Position numbers and translations under genes: made by a program
Notes under the pieces: model-generated
What the model was told of the DNA's origin: nothing
What the model saw: only the letters and a program-made list of their open reading frames with translations
The model's database searches: none
Source of the DNA: Cenococcum geophilum
Lineage: Eukaryota
Direction of reading: 5' to 3'
Length of the DNA: 64,000 nt
Assembly: GCA_050273025.1 (NCBI GenBank)
Contig: CP158636.1
Span: forward strand, 3,348,001-3,412,000
In this document: positions 42,190-53,531 of the stretch, one piece after another
How the letters are laid out: the number at the start of each line of letters is the position of its first letter
Position numbering within the stretch: the stretch's first letter is position 1

Positions 42190-44602
42190 TGCTCTGCAAT
42201 TCCTAGAGCTGCTAAAGGTAGCTATAGCAACAAATATGTTGTCTACCTCCGCCTCTACTCTAGGAGACCTAGCTATCGAGCCACTAGCTCTAGAAGACCC
42301 TAAAACTAAAGCGATATCGCGAGCCTCTAGGTTAGAGTATAAGACGGTAAATAAAGTATATATCTTTACAGTCGTGTATATATAGTCCTACTAACACTAT
42401 TTCTTCATAGTTAGGATAAGAAAGCTTATTAGTACAAGATTGCTAAGCCAGTGGCCCTAATAGGAGAGGTTAATAAACTAGACTAATACGTGTTTGTTAA
42501 TCGTATTTAAATCAGTAGGCATAACACTCTTTATAAGTATCTTCAATTACTAAAGATAAATTATAGATAAGAAAACCAAAGACTCTACGTTTTACGTTGA
42601 TATTAAGTTTAAGGGGTTACAAGACGTTCTAAGGAAGGTCCTTAAAGATATCCGCGGGATCTGCCTAAGAGAGGACAAGCCTTTAGTATGGAAAATCTCC
42701 GCTATTAAAACTTACCGGCTTATACCGTGCATAGGTTAAATAGAACCTCCTATATAATTTTCTCCCGGAACTAGAATTGTATTAAAGTAGCATAAACATC
42801 GACTCTAAGAACAAAGTGTATTTAAAACATTTAGACCTCTTAATCAGCTTTATTAAAACCACCTACACATCTATAACTAAACGCCTTAAACCCCTTCTTA
42901 AGAACCATAAAATCACGTATAATCTACTCTGGGCTCTCTTTAAGCCGAACTCGGAGGTCTATACTACTTATCCTGGTATTAGCAAACCAAGATGCGTTAA
43001 GTTTAATTATGGTAAGGAAAAAATAAGATTAAGTAGAACTAAGTACTTCTATCTAGACTGTCGCTACTTTAATTTCAATAGAAAAGTATTTAGGGAAGCC
43101 GCCCTTAGGCTTGCTATTAAGAAGTTTTATAAAACGAAACGGATAGACCTCCTTTAGGCATTTCCTCTAGAGTACTACTAGAAATCAAGCGAGATTAGAG
43201 CACGGCTAATTAGATATAGTTAAATTTTTAATAACTTAAGAGGCGTCTACCACCGCTAGTACTAAGGGACTGCCTTTTATAAGGATAAAGACGGCAACAA
43301 GATTAAAGTCTCTATTAAGAGCCGAATTATAGTTAATATAGCGTATTTTCAGCAAATTAACCCTAATTACGCTAGACCACAAATTAACAAGTCGCTAGGA
43401 ATACTGGACTTATTAACTATCTTTAATTTTATAAAGGGCTTAATTAAAAGGAAAGATTAAATTAAGAGGATAGATATAGATCTAACTAAAATAAAGGATT
43501 AAGATTTCCTAATCAGCAGCCCAACTGTGCTAGGTTTTAGTCTAGGTAATAAGCTCTAGCATGCGTTATCTTTACTTATATATAAGCGGCATTTACTAAC
43601 GCATTATAGTTAAGTTCGCAGTTGCTAATATTAGCAACATTACATAAAACCCTTTTTTCTTTAATAACCTTAGGATTCCTACTTAGCAGAAGGAGGTTAT
43701 TTAAGCTCTTAGTAAAACCTACTTATCTTAGGACTCTTACCCTACCTTAAATAACTTTGTATTGGGCAAAGGACGCGGACTTATTACCCTCCTATAGTAT
43801 ATTACTATACCTCTATTATAAAATAATAGTTACACTATTACCTTACTAAGATAACTAAATTAGCGGGCTGCCTAGTATTAGTAAGACCTTAATAATAGAG
43901 GCGATGTTAGAATACCTTATAAGACCACTTTACGTTATACGTCTTTATTCCCTTATAATTGCAGTTCTTTCTAACCGAGTAGATCTCTGCTAGAGAATTA
44001 GGCACAACCGCGGATGCACTTAAAAAGAAGCTTTCTCTTATCTTTAAGATAGTAACCCACTAAAAAGCCACTCTACTCCTTAATAAGGCGGACGTGTTTA
44101 TAAAACAGCGTGCTACTAATGATGTCTATTGCAATGCCCTTATTTATATATTCTTGCGTAAGCTTAAATACTATAAAGGAATCTTATTTCTCACAACTAA
44201 CTAGGTAAAGATAATTGATAAAGCCATTGTAAGCAGAATATACCTCGCGCTCTAGTACGGCCCATTAGATCGGAACGCTTAAGAGGTAGTTTGGAGGAGT
44301 TTCCTTAATAAGGCGAGCATAATAAAAGAAGCCGCAGATTTTACGGAAAAGGACCTTAATATTTTAGTAGGGAAGGATCTTAATAGCTAAGAGGTAAGAG
44401 CCTTTGCGTTTATAGTAAAGCCAAGCTAATTAATTTTCCGATCTAGATTAAAAATGCTATTTTTACAGCTTAAGCATTGGCTAGCTATAAAGAGACGTAA
44501 GTGTCCTTATTATATTTGGAATTCGCTATTAGTACAAACGTAGAATTTTAGCGTGATTTTATAGGAGGAGGTAAGTTTAACAATATATAGTCCTACGCTT
44601 AG
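42190..44602 (+). pseudogene. RIP-destroyed multi-exon fungal AAA+ ATPase gene
   Basis: ITYNLLWALFKPN in ORF 42816-43157; GKGRGLITLL (~43765); Walker A read as GLPSISKTL (from GPPGVGKTL) at ~43865; Walker B LLLNKADVF (from LLLDEADVF) at ~44072; FLRKL.YY.GILFLTTN (~44150); ends SYA* at 44602. 5' end uncertain. Confidence 0.9.
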
Positions 44603-45848
44603 CTCTCTTAAATTTACTAGGGCATTAGGGATCTACAGAATGCATACCTTTTTAGCGCGTGGGCAGATATACGTTCGGGATTTAGCTATCTTTTTCTTTT
44701 CTTCTTTACATTTTTTCCTATTTATACTTATTAATAGTTGGAGGCAGTATGCTACTTAACTATACTATTTATTAGCTAGTAATATATATACATATATATC
44801 CCAATAACTTTGCGTTATACAGCTTTAACGTAATATAGATATATAGCCTTAATCCTAAAACGTGGAATCCAATATCACTAAATAGAGTTAGTTACGTAAG
44901 CGGGTTTCCATAACAAAAAGCGATTTACTCTTAAGATTCCTATATAGGGCATAAGCCTATATACTTACTTACTCCTATAATAACAAGGCCTATACGGTAG
45001 GCTATAGCGTGGGCGAATTGCTTATAGATCTAGGAATAGGAGAACGGAAGCTGCAGGGCATTGGTTCCCGTAAGGGAGTAAAAGATATCCCTTATCACGT
45101 TAAGGTCCTTAGAGTTTATAGCCTATACGCAAACACCATATATTTCTAAGCACGGCCATTAAATTCGGCTAATTTAATTAGTAGGCTTTTATTAATAATA
45201 TAAGGACCAATTTTAACGTAATAAGGGATAAGCGTTAGTTCCTATAAGGAATTAAAAGCTATAAGGCGACGAAGAAAGCGGGTATTAATCCCCGTAAAGA
45301 ACCGCAAGCTATAAGAGATTAGTTTCCATAAGGGAGTGGAAGAAATTGCCATTAGTTTCTATAGGGGAGTAAAAGCTATACGGAAGTAGGAGCTATCCCT
45401 TAACCCATCGATTTGGGTCCGTAGCTTATCGATAAGCGCTAGCCAATTAGATTAACTAGATTTGATAGTTATGCTCAGATATTTAAAGCCTTTAGATATT
45501 GCTTATTTCTTATACAAAATCTCTATACAAGCTTATTCTTTAGAGTTAAATCGCTTAATATAAGGCTACTAGCAGGCGTCGTTCCCGCATAATTACGGGG
45601 CATAATGGTGGTATAATTAATGGTTAAATTCTACAGTCTTAATTTTGGTGTTTGCGTATAGACCATATACTCTATAGACCCCGACGGGTTAAGGGATAGG
45701 GTATAGTTCTTATAGGGTAGTAGAATATACGGTTACTATATACTAGATAATAATTTTAGTTTAGGATATAAGAACAGGAGCCGTAGGGGATTAGTTCCCG
45801 TAGGGGAGTAGCAGACGTGGCTAATAGCTCCTATAGGGGAGTAAAAGC

Positions 45849-46526
45849 TATACCTAGAGGAACGTCAGTTCCGAAAGGAGTTAAATACCGCCCGAGAAAA
45901 AATTGGGGTGCGCTTATCTTGCCCTCTTATTAGTCAAATCTTTTCGCCCTTTATTAGCTAAATCTTCTCGCCCTTCTTATTAATTAAATCGTCTCGCCCT
46001 TTTATTTGTTAAATTTTCTCGCCCTCTTATTTATTAAATTTTCTTTCGCTCTTATTTATTAAATCTTCTTTCGCTCTTATTTGTTAAATCTTCTTTCGCT
46101 TTTATTTATTAAATCTTCTTCGCTCTTATTTATTAAATCTTCTTTACTCTTATTTATTAAATTTTCTTATACTTTTACTTATTAAATCTTCTTACGCTCT
46201 AATTTATTAAATCTTCTTGCCCTCTTATTTGTTAAATCTTCTTACCCTCTTATTAGTTAGCTTTTTACCTCTTTAGGCTAATTAACGTATTTTCTTTAAA
46301 ATTTCTTTGCGCCGCTAGTATAGTCGGTTAAAAGGTATAGGTAGGAAAGGGGATCCTTAAGTATATTCGCTTATTATAATCGGCTTGTTATTTACTTAAG
46401 TGTAAACGTTCTATCTCCTTTGTAAAGTAGATTGTAGCTTTAACCGCGCTAAATGTTTAAGAAACGCCACCTTAATAAGGGTATAGTTAGAGCGGGTCGG
46501 CTACCCTCCCTGCTTATAGTGGCAAT
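45849..46526 (+). repeat. Dispersed repeat, copy 1, containing a 24-26-bp minisatellite (about 14 units)
   Basis: Unit aaatcttctcgccctcttatttgtt at ~45916-46260; the whole block aligns with 55681-56305. Confidence 0.9.
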
Positions 46527-47038
46527 ATTCCCTACTAAGTCTTATTTATTATTATTTAATATTACTCGTAAGTATACTTACGTAGTATAACTTATTCCGT
46601 ATTAGTACTAGCTTTAGTCCTACTGCTTTAAATAAGGGAAATAAATTAGCTATGCCTTTGCTAGCTCTATTTATAAACCTATCTTATCTAAGCTATGCCT
46701 CGTATACTTATAAATATGTAATCTACGAAATAAATTTGCTTTAAACTATAGGTTCTATGTTCTTAAACTGCCACTTACGTAGAGATTTAAGCGGTAGTGT
46801 AGTGTATAGATACTAAGGGCTATGAACCTGTTTCCACAACTAGAAGTATTTTTCTATTATTAAAATAGCCTCATTATTATAGCTCTGGGACTTCTACGTG
46901 TATATTAGGTTGGCTATGCTAGTTAGTGTAGAAGGATCTCCAACCTAAGCACCCTTACCCTTGTCTTTATTACTTGCACCTCTAGCTCTTTAGCGTCCTC
47001 CTGCCGCCCTTAATTCCACAACGTCGACGCCAGGCTAT

Positions 47039-47290
47039 TTCCGCTTTAATGTCAATTAACGACTATAGGGAGTTGGCTTAGCCAAGTATAAAGAGGAGGG
47101 TATAATTGAGGCAGCAACAGACTAATACCTCGGGCATTAGGCATAGAGGTTCTAGGTAAGAGACTATGTTTAGAATTTAAGGCAGAGGGGGAGTATATAA
47201 CAGATTACGCTTAGCAGTTTCTAGTACAGCTCTTTACTTATATCGTATAGGTAAAGCACCAAGTTCGCTACTATCGTGCCTATAAGGGCA
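47039..47290 (+). pseudogene. RIP-mutated fragment of a patatin gene 3' end, inverted relative to the adjacent gene
   Basis: 47039-47255 matches the reverse complement of 47518-47730 (FRFNV...VGLA.YKEEG.IEAATD*YLGH...DYA*), mostly with C>T/G>A differences. Confidence 0.9.
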
Positions 47291-47559
47291 AGAAAACCCC
47301 TAAGGCCTATTGCTATTGGAATTGGCGGGGCAATTACATAGCACTAGTTAGTTATAACTAAATATAAAGTAACATTAAAGCATTCCTACATACCGAATTA
47401 AAGGCACCGTCACGACTTGTATAACTAAGTTTCGTCAAAAAAAGCGCCTACAATTATCGCTTGTATATTTCTAGATACCCCATACTTTTGTAGCTATGCT
47501 GTAGCACGTTATACTGTTTTACCTACACGACATAAGCCAAAGAATAGCTCTTAGAACTG

Positions 47560-48733
47560 CTAAGCGTAATCTACGATATCCCTCTGCCCCAAATTCTGAA
47601 CACAGTCTCTCACCCGGAATCTCTGTGCCAGATGCCCGAGGTATTGGTCCGTTGCTGCCTCAATTGTGCCCTCCTCTTTATACTCGGCTAAGCCAACTTC
47701 TTGTAGTCCTTGATCGACATTAAAGCGGAAGAAACATTTTTCGTCGTAGTGTCGCCGCCACCTTGCTATAAACTTCCTTTCTGTATACTCCGTTTCGGTT
47801 GCGATCCTAACTAACGTCTCAGAGAGGAACCTTATAATGCTATCCTTAATCGCTTTTGTGCCCGGGTTTCCTGTCCCAATCGAAATGAAGCACTTTACCA
47901 AAGGCTTCAGGTCGCCTGTTTGAGGGCACCAGATATTTAAAGCCTCCCCTTCAACCTCGTCAACAGGATTATTTGCACCTAGTGCACCGTCCACGAATAT
48001 GCGTGCCCCGATAGAGACAGAATCAAAGAAGCTAGTCGCTGCTGAAGTCGCAAGAGCGGCATCGCAAATGGTAGCGTGAATATCATTTCCACCGAGTAGA
48101 CTGTAACTTCTAAGGCATGTGATACCGCCGGTTTCTCTCGCAGTGGCGCATACGAAGCTAACCTCCTATAAGTAGGCTATAAAGGGTATCTAAATGCTTA
48201 CTTACACTCTGCACTCGCGAGGATTCCCATCATTAAATAAGTCACTCTCAGAGGCACCGCAGCGAGTTATCACCTCCTTAATCGCGCCCTCCAGTCTCTT
48301 TGAATCGAACCGCGCCTTAATTCTGCCCCTCCAACTGATCGGGAGCCAGCTCATTGAACTGATTGGAAGCCAACCTGCCTTTTCTTCAAACACCATATTC
48401 ATAATATGCTTATATTCCGAAATGCATTCATCCACGTCCATCTGGAGCCGGCCTAGCATAATGGCGATAAGCCTACTTACGTTAGTTAGCTAGTAGAGAA
48501 GCGTGCTATACATACCCGCCTGTGCTGGTTCCACCAATAAGGTCGAATATTTGGTACGGCCTCACGGAAGAGAGGTTGTCCTCTTGACGCTTATTGTTGA
48601 GTTGCCCCATAAGGGCCTTTAAGATGTAGAGCGTTGACAGCCCTCGGACTCCACCGCCATCAAGAGATAACAAATAGCGCTCGGTCTCAGGGTTTCGCTC
48701 TCCGCCATGCTTAGCAGCCTGCGCTTGCTCCAT
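47560..48733 (-). CDS. Stand-alone patatin-like phospholipase (360 aa), catalytic motifs intact
   Basis: Exons 48733-48516, 48472-48206, 48157-47560 (1083 nt, in frame, GT-AG introns). Motifs LSLDGGGVRG, GTSTG (Ser), FVDGALGANNP (Asp). Start chosen by homology to the paralog (MEQA). Confidence 0.92.
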
Positions 48734-49059
48734 TAGTATATTCGCTAAGTAGAGATCATTCCTTTGGCAAGGGATAGAGTGTTGAGAGAATGTGGATGGA
48801 GTTAACAGCGCTGGTGGTTTACAGCTAAGGAAAGGGTATAGTGGGGTTACATGCAGTCTTACCTCAGCAAGCTCAGACGTGATTCCAGTGGTTCGGATTT
48901 TTAATCGGTCCGCAAGCGGATTTCCAAGGTTTCTTAGGCGCTCCGACAATACCATCTTATGTTTATTCCGCTCCACGCTAGTCAGTGATCTGATAGATTC
49001 TAACGTACCACAAGACCAAAAATTAATTCGACACAGCCTTTCATATGCTACTACTTGTT

Positions 49060-49203
49060 GATCGAGGTGGCAATGACGTAACTAGCAGTCGTCATTGTCG
49101 ACGTCAGCCTTCGCTACTTATTTCATGTATATATAGTCTCTTTTCTTCGGAGTTTAATCTACACACGAGTCCTTCTTTTATGACCTACTTTTTGCGGTCG
49201 ACA
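49060..49203 (+). promoter_or_regulatory. ~140-bp duplicated intergenic block, copy 1, with CRE-like sites
   Basis: Near-identical to 50163-50302; contains TGACGTAA (49074-49081), GACGTCA and a TATATA tract. Regulatory role is inferred. Confidence 0.5.
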
Positions 49204-49853
49204 GTTATGAGCCCGGGTTGTTTCCCACGCACCGATTTCTTTTAATCAGCTGTTCCTACAGGCTCGTGTCCGGGTACTTCAATCCTTAACGTACTCGTGA
49301 TTACCTTCACTACGAAGTCCTGCAACGGCAGGCACCACGAAGTCCTGCAACGGTAGGCACCACGGAAGCCCTATCGAGGATAGGCACTCCCACAACCCTC
49401 TCGCGCTTGTGTAGCGTGACGAAGCCCTAGAGCTAGCATACTGCTGCTCTACCCTGGAGCTGGCACCTTACTGCTATTTTACCCTCGTCGCTGGCATCGT
49501 ACTGCTACGTTACCCTAAAGCTGGCGCATTGCCGCTTTATCCGAGAGCTGGCACCTTACTGCTATGTTATATCGACGCTGGCACCGTACTGCTAAGGACA
49601 AGACAACGACCGACGATGCCCACAGAGCTACAGCTAGTTTGAGCGCGCCAGACACGAAGCAGGTGCCAGGATGCCGGATTAAGGCAGGCCGGGTTAAGGC
49701 AGGTACCGGGTGCCGGACACGAGATAGGAAGTCGCTCAAGAGTTTAAGCTTGTGGGAGAGGCGACCCAGTATTAGAGAGACAACGACCGTGCCGATACGC
49801 CTACGGAAGAACCAGGAGCTGGCACCTTACTGCTACGAACCGCGAACCTAACA
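49204..49853 (-). mobile_element. Possible solo-LTR-like insertion with short internal repeats
   Basis: Minus strand starts TGTTAGG; multiple GCTGGCACCTTACTGCTA repeats and a CACGAAGTCCTGCAACGG duplication; no TSD identified. Confidence 0.35.
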
Positions 49854-50162
49854 ATTGCTGAATGGCATGGGAGGATCTAGGATCAGATGGACGATTGCTA
49901 GACGGCGTAAGAGTATTTAGGGATATTATGGCTTAGCTGGATATTAGATGGACGATTTCTGGACAGCATGGGAGGATCTAAACACCAGTACGGCTAGCAT
50001 TGAGCGGACAAAGACTGACAACGTGGCTGTTGACCTGCAGCCTTATCAACAAAGTTAGCCTATATGTGGCCTTACCGACGATATCCTATCTGAGTTCTAG
50101 ATTTGGATTTGATTTTAAGTATCAGCTTAAGCAGCACTGCTGTTAAGCTGGGGGGGTGTGTC

Positions 50163-50302
50163 GATCGAGGTGGCAATGACGTAACAGTCGTCGTTGTCGA
50201 CGTCAGCCTTCGCCACCTATTTCATGTACATATAGTCTCTTTTCTTCGTAGTTTAATCTACACACGAGTCCTTCTTTCATGACCTACTTTTTGCGGTCGA
50301 CA
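50163..50302 (+). promoter_or_regulatory. ~140-bp duplicated intergenic block, copy 2
   Basis: Direct repeat of 49060-49203; TGACGTAA at 50177-50184; ends ~165 bp upstream of the ATG at 50466. Confidence 0.5.
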
Positions 50303-50465
50303 CTACTCCAAGCATCAACTTGCCAACTTCAAGGAGAGAAAGCTCAACCGCGCAGCCAGCAGCCCCAGATTTCCCTCTGCCCACTATAGTAGACAATCTC
50401 GGCCCCACACCTGCTGCCTCTTTCTTATTCTTTAAAAAATTAGCTCGACTTAGCTAGACCTGACA

Positions 50466-53400
50466 ATGGAGCAAGCATCAGCTACGCAGCAAGGTAGAAA
50501 GCCAAATCCTCTAGACCATACCGGCCTCTGTTTGTTATCCCTTGACAGTGGCGGTGTCCGAGGGCTCTCGACGCTCTATATCTTGAAGAGTCTTATGACG
50601 CGGCTAAATCACGAACGTAAAACAGCAAACCTTCCGCCTTTGAAGCCATGTGAGGTATTCGACCTTATCGGTGGGACTAGCACAGGAGGGTACGGATAGC
50701 AACCTTTGCTAGTGTCTTAGTTAACGTAAATAGGCTCATCGCCATCATGCTTGGCCGGCTTGAGATGAACGTAGATGAATGTATTGCGGCATACCGTGAG
50801 CTTATTAAGGCTGTCTTTGAAGAGAGACAGAGCCGATTTGGAGTGGGCGGCACCGGAAATATCAAAGCGCAGTTCTCTTCGGAAACGCTGGAAAACGCCA
50901 TTAGGAAGGTCATTGCCAGCCGTGAGGGCATATCAGAAGGAGATGCCTTCAATGATGGAAAGCCTCGTGGATGCAGAGTGTAAGTACGCCTGCTGAGCCG
51001 CGTGGATTAGGCTAATAAGGTTGTAGTTTTGTGTGCACTACTGCGTATGAGACTAGGGGAACGACACGCCTCAAAAGTTACAGTCTTCCTGGTGAACTCA
51101 ATAATCAGACTCCAACCATCTGCGAGGCCGCACTAGCAACATCAGCGGCCACCCGGTTCTTCGATCCTGTTACTATAGAGGCACGTAAATTTGTTGGCGG
51201 GGAACTAGGCGCAAATAATCCAGTAGATGAGGTGGAGGCGGAAGCTTCAGATATCTGGTGCGCTGAAACAGCAGATTTGAAACCGCTTGTTAAGTGCTTT
51301 ATTTCAATTGGCACCGGGAACCCTGGAAAGAATCCAATCGAAGATACGGTATGGAAATTCCTTTCAGAAACCTTAGTAGAAATTGCGACCGAGACAGAAC
51401 GAACCGCAGTAAGATTTGCTGCTCGTTGGAAAGGGCATCTTGACAATAAGCGTTACTTTCGCTTCAATGTGCAACAAGGACTCCAACATATTGGACTTGC
51501 TGAATATAAGAAGGAAGGACTAATCGAAACTACAACGTTTGAGTACCTGGAAGAAACCGACCAATATTTTCGCGTCCGAGATTGTGCTAGAAATTTGGAA
51601 CAGAAGCGAAGTATGTATCTTGAGGATTTCGCCTAGCATCTGGAAGCGCATTTCTTGGCTGATGTTGTGAAGACAAAACCGACACTGTGTTCGCCGCCTT
51701 TGTCCATGTAAGATCAATATAACTCACTATGACGTCTATTAAAAGCTCACTTAATAGGAATATAATATACGCATTTTACAGCTCCAGACAAGTTGCGTGT
51801 CTTACTCCCTGGTATAACCCTTTGCTGACTGGCCTAGGTACAGCTGCTGCAAGCATGGTGCCTTACCAAAGTGGTGGCAGCCATCTTGCAAATATGACAC
51901 GAACGATGGGCCAAGGACTGCTTGGTGCTTGCCCACCTGCTTGCCCATGCACATGTCACGATATTCGCCACATAAAAACACCCTTTAGATGGCTGTTTGG
52001 AATGTTAATTATGAATTATTCTGGAACACCTCTCGGAATCTCGAAATGTTCAGAACCATCTTGTGGTGGGAGTCCGTCGCAATTCTGTGGGAAAGGAGCA
52101 TACTACAAGCCCCGTTGGCTACGTAAAGAGGCGCTCCATTTCCTCATCAAACCTATGGGTGCTCCAGAAACCTCGTGGCACCTGGAGCTCACATTGCGAA
52201 ATCTTGTTCCCTGGGGGTGTCCATTTTTCATTGCAGCTTATAATGGAGATGTGGAACAGCTAAAAGCTCTGATAAAAGCGGGAGTGGGTCTCAATGATCA
52301 AAGTGATGACTTTGGCAGCACTGCTTTGGGAGTAAGTTATCCGCTAACGGAAATCTGACGGCTAGACGGAGATGAGGCAATTAACCCGTGCAGTTGACGC
52401 TCGCATTCGGTCAGCTTGATGCTTGCGAAGTATTAATCAAGGCTGGTGCCAATCCCAATATACCAAATACAAGTCAACGGTAAGTCCATTTAATTGGTAT
52501 CATATTAGGATTTAACCATGACATATCGCAGGACCACCTTCGATGACGCTTGGGAAGCCATAATTGCGGGTAGAGATCCTCCCGAGTATTTAAAAAGATT
52601 AGAATGGATGTTTCCGAGGGGTGATAAATTGGACGACTGGAATCTAACGAATATCCACAAGATCGTAATGGGCATCATGCATCGCGATCTCAAATACGAG
52701 CTACGCCAGTCATCTTCGAGTATAAATGCAAGAGATGCATTTGGAAGAACAGCTCTGTGGTGGTCATGCTCTAAAGGCAGCACACATACAACAGAAACCC
52801 TCCTTAGACACGGCGCGGATCTTAACATTGTTGACAACACTCATGCTACACCTCTGCATGCGGCCGTTACTTCAGGCAACATTGATATGGTTAGGCTGAT
52901 GCTACGATATGGAGCGGAGTCTCGAGATATTGACGACTGGGGGAGTACCCCACTAATGACTGCTGTTTGGCATGATAGTAATGAATTAATCGACCTCTTA
53001 CTGAAGCACGGAGCGGACATTAGAGCACGTGATAAGTGCCTAGGCCAGACAGCTTTATCATTTGCTGCCAAAACAAATCACGTACGATCGGCCAAATCGC
53101 TATTAGAGCATGGTGCCGATATGAATGAAAAAGATGACTACGGAGACAGCCCACTCTTTCTGAGTGTGCTAGGTAGGGCTGCTGCAACAACGCAATATTT
53201 TCTTCGACAAGGAGCAGACTACACAGTAACAAATAAATCCGGCAAAACTATCCTGCATTATGCTGCGGAGTTTGGTACCCCTGAGGTTTTGGCGGCTTTG
53301 ACGGCTTTCGATCTTAGCGAGCTTGATATACATGCTAAAGATAAGGAGGGGAAGACTGCAAACGATGTTTTCGAAAAGAGCAAAACTCTGCGGACCAGAG

Positions 53401-53531
53401 ACGTAGCAGACGCCTTCTATGACCTAATTGGAATGGCGTGGTACCCGGAAGTTTCTGATATTGTAAGGGTGGAGACAGAATCCGAGGAGAGCTCGGTTGA
53501 GAGCAACTATCAAGACTGCCAAGAAAATTAG
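50466..53531 (+). CDS. Patatin-like (predicted catalytically dead) - Cys-rich linker - ankyrin-repeat protein (900 aa)
   Basis: Exons 50466-50689, 50734-50979, 51027-51610, 51673-51707, 51758-51791, 51838-52331, 52394-52479, 52532-53531 = 2703 nt, all phases compatible. Motifs LSLDSGGVRG, GTSTG, FVGGELGANNP; about 8 ankyrin repeats. The weakest link is the donor GTTGCG at 51792; the alternative is a patatin gene ending at 51636 plus a separate ankyrin gene. Confidence 0.78.

Noticed and set aside
45916..46260. CRISPR-like appearance of 24-26-bp arrays (also 55750-56040 and 58484-58620)
   Set aside because: Units are head-to-tail without unique spacers, there are no cas genes, and the DNA is eukaryotic; these are minisatellites.
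48734..48976. Upstream ATG extending the minus-strand patatin by 81 aa
   Set aside because: Similarity to the paralog starts at MEQA (48733); the extension has no supporting features, though it cannot be fully excluded.
51838..52331. NACHT/NB-ARC domain making the fusion a canonical NLR
   Set aside because: No Walker A/B motif, and the linker is too short.
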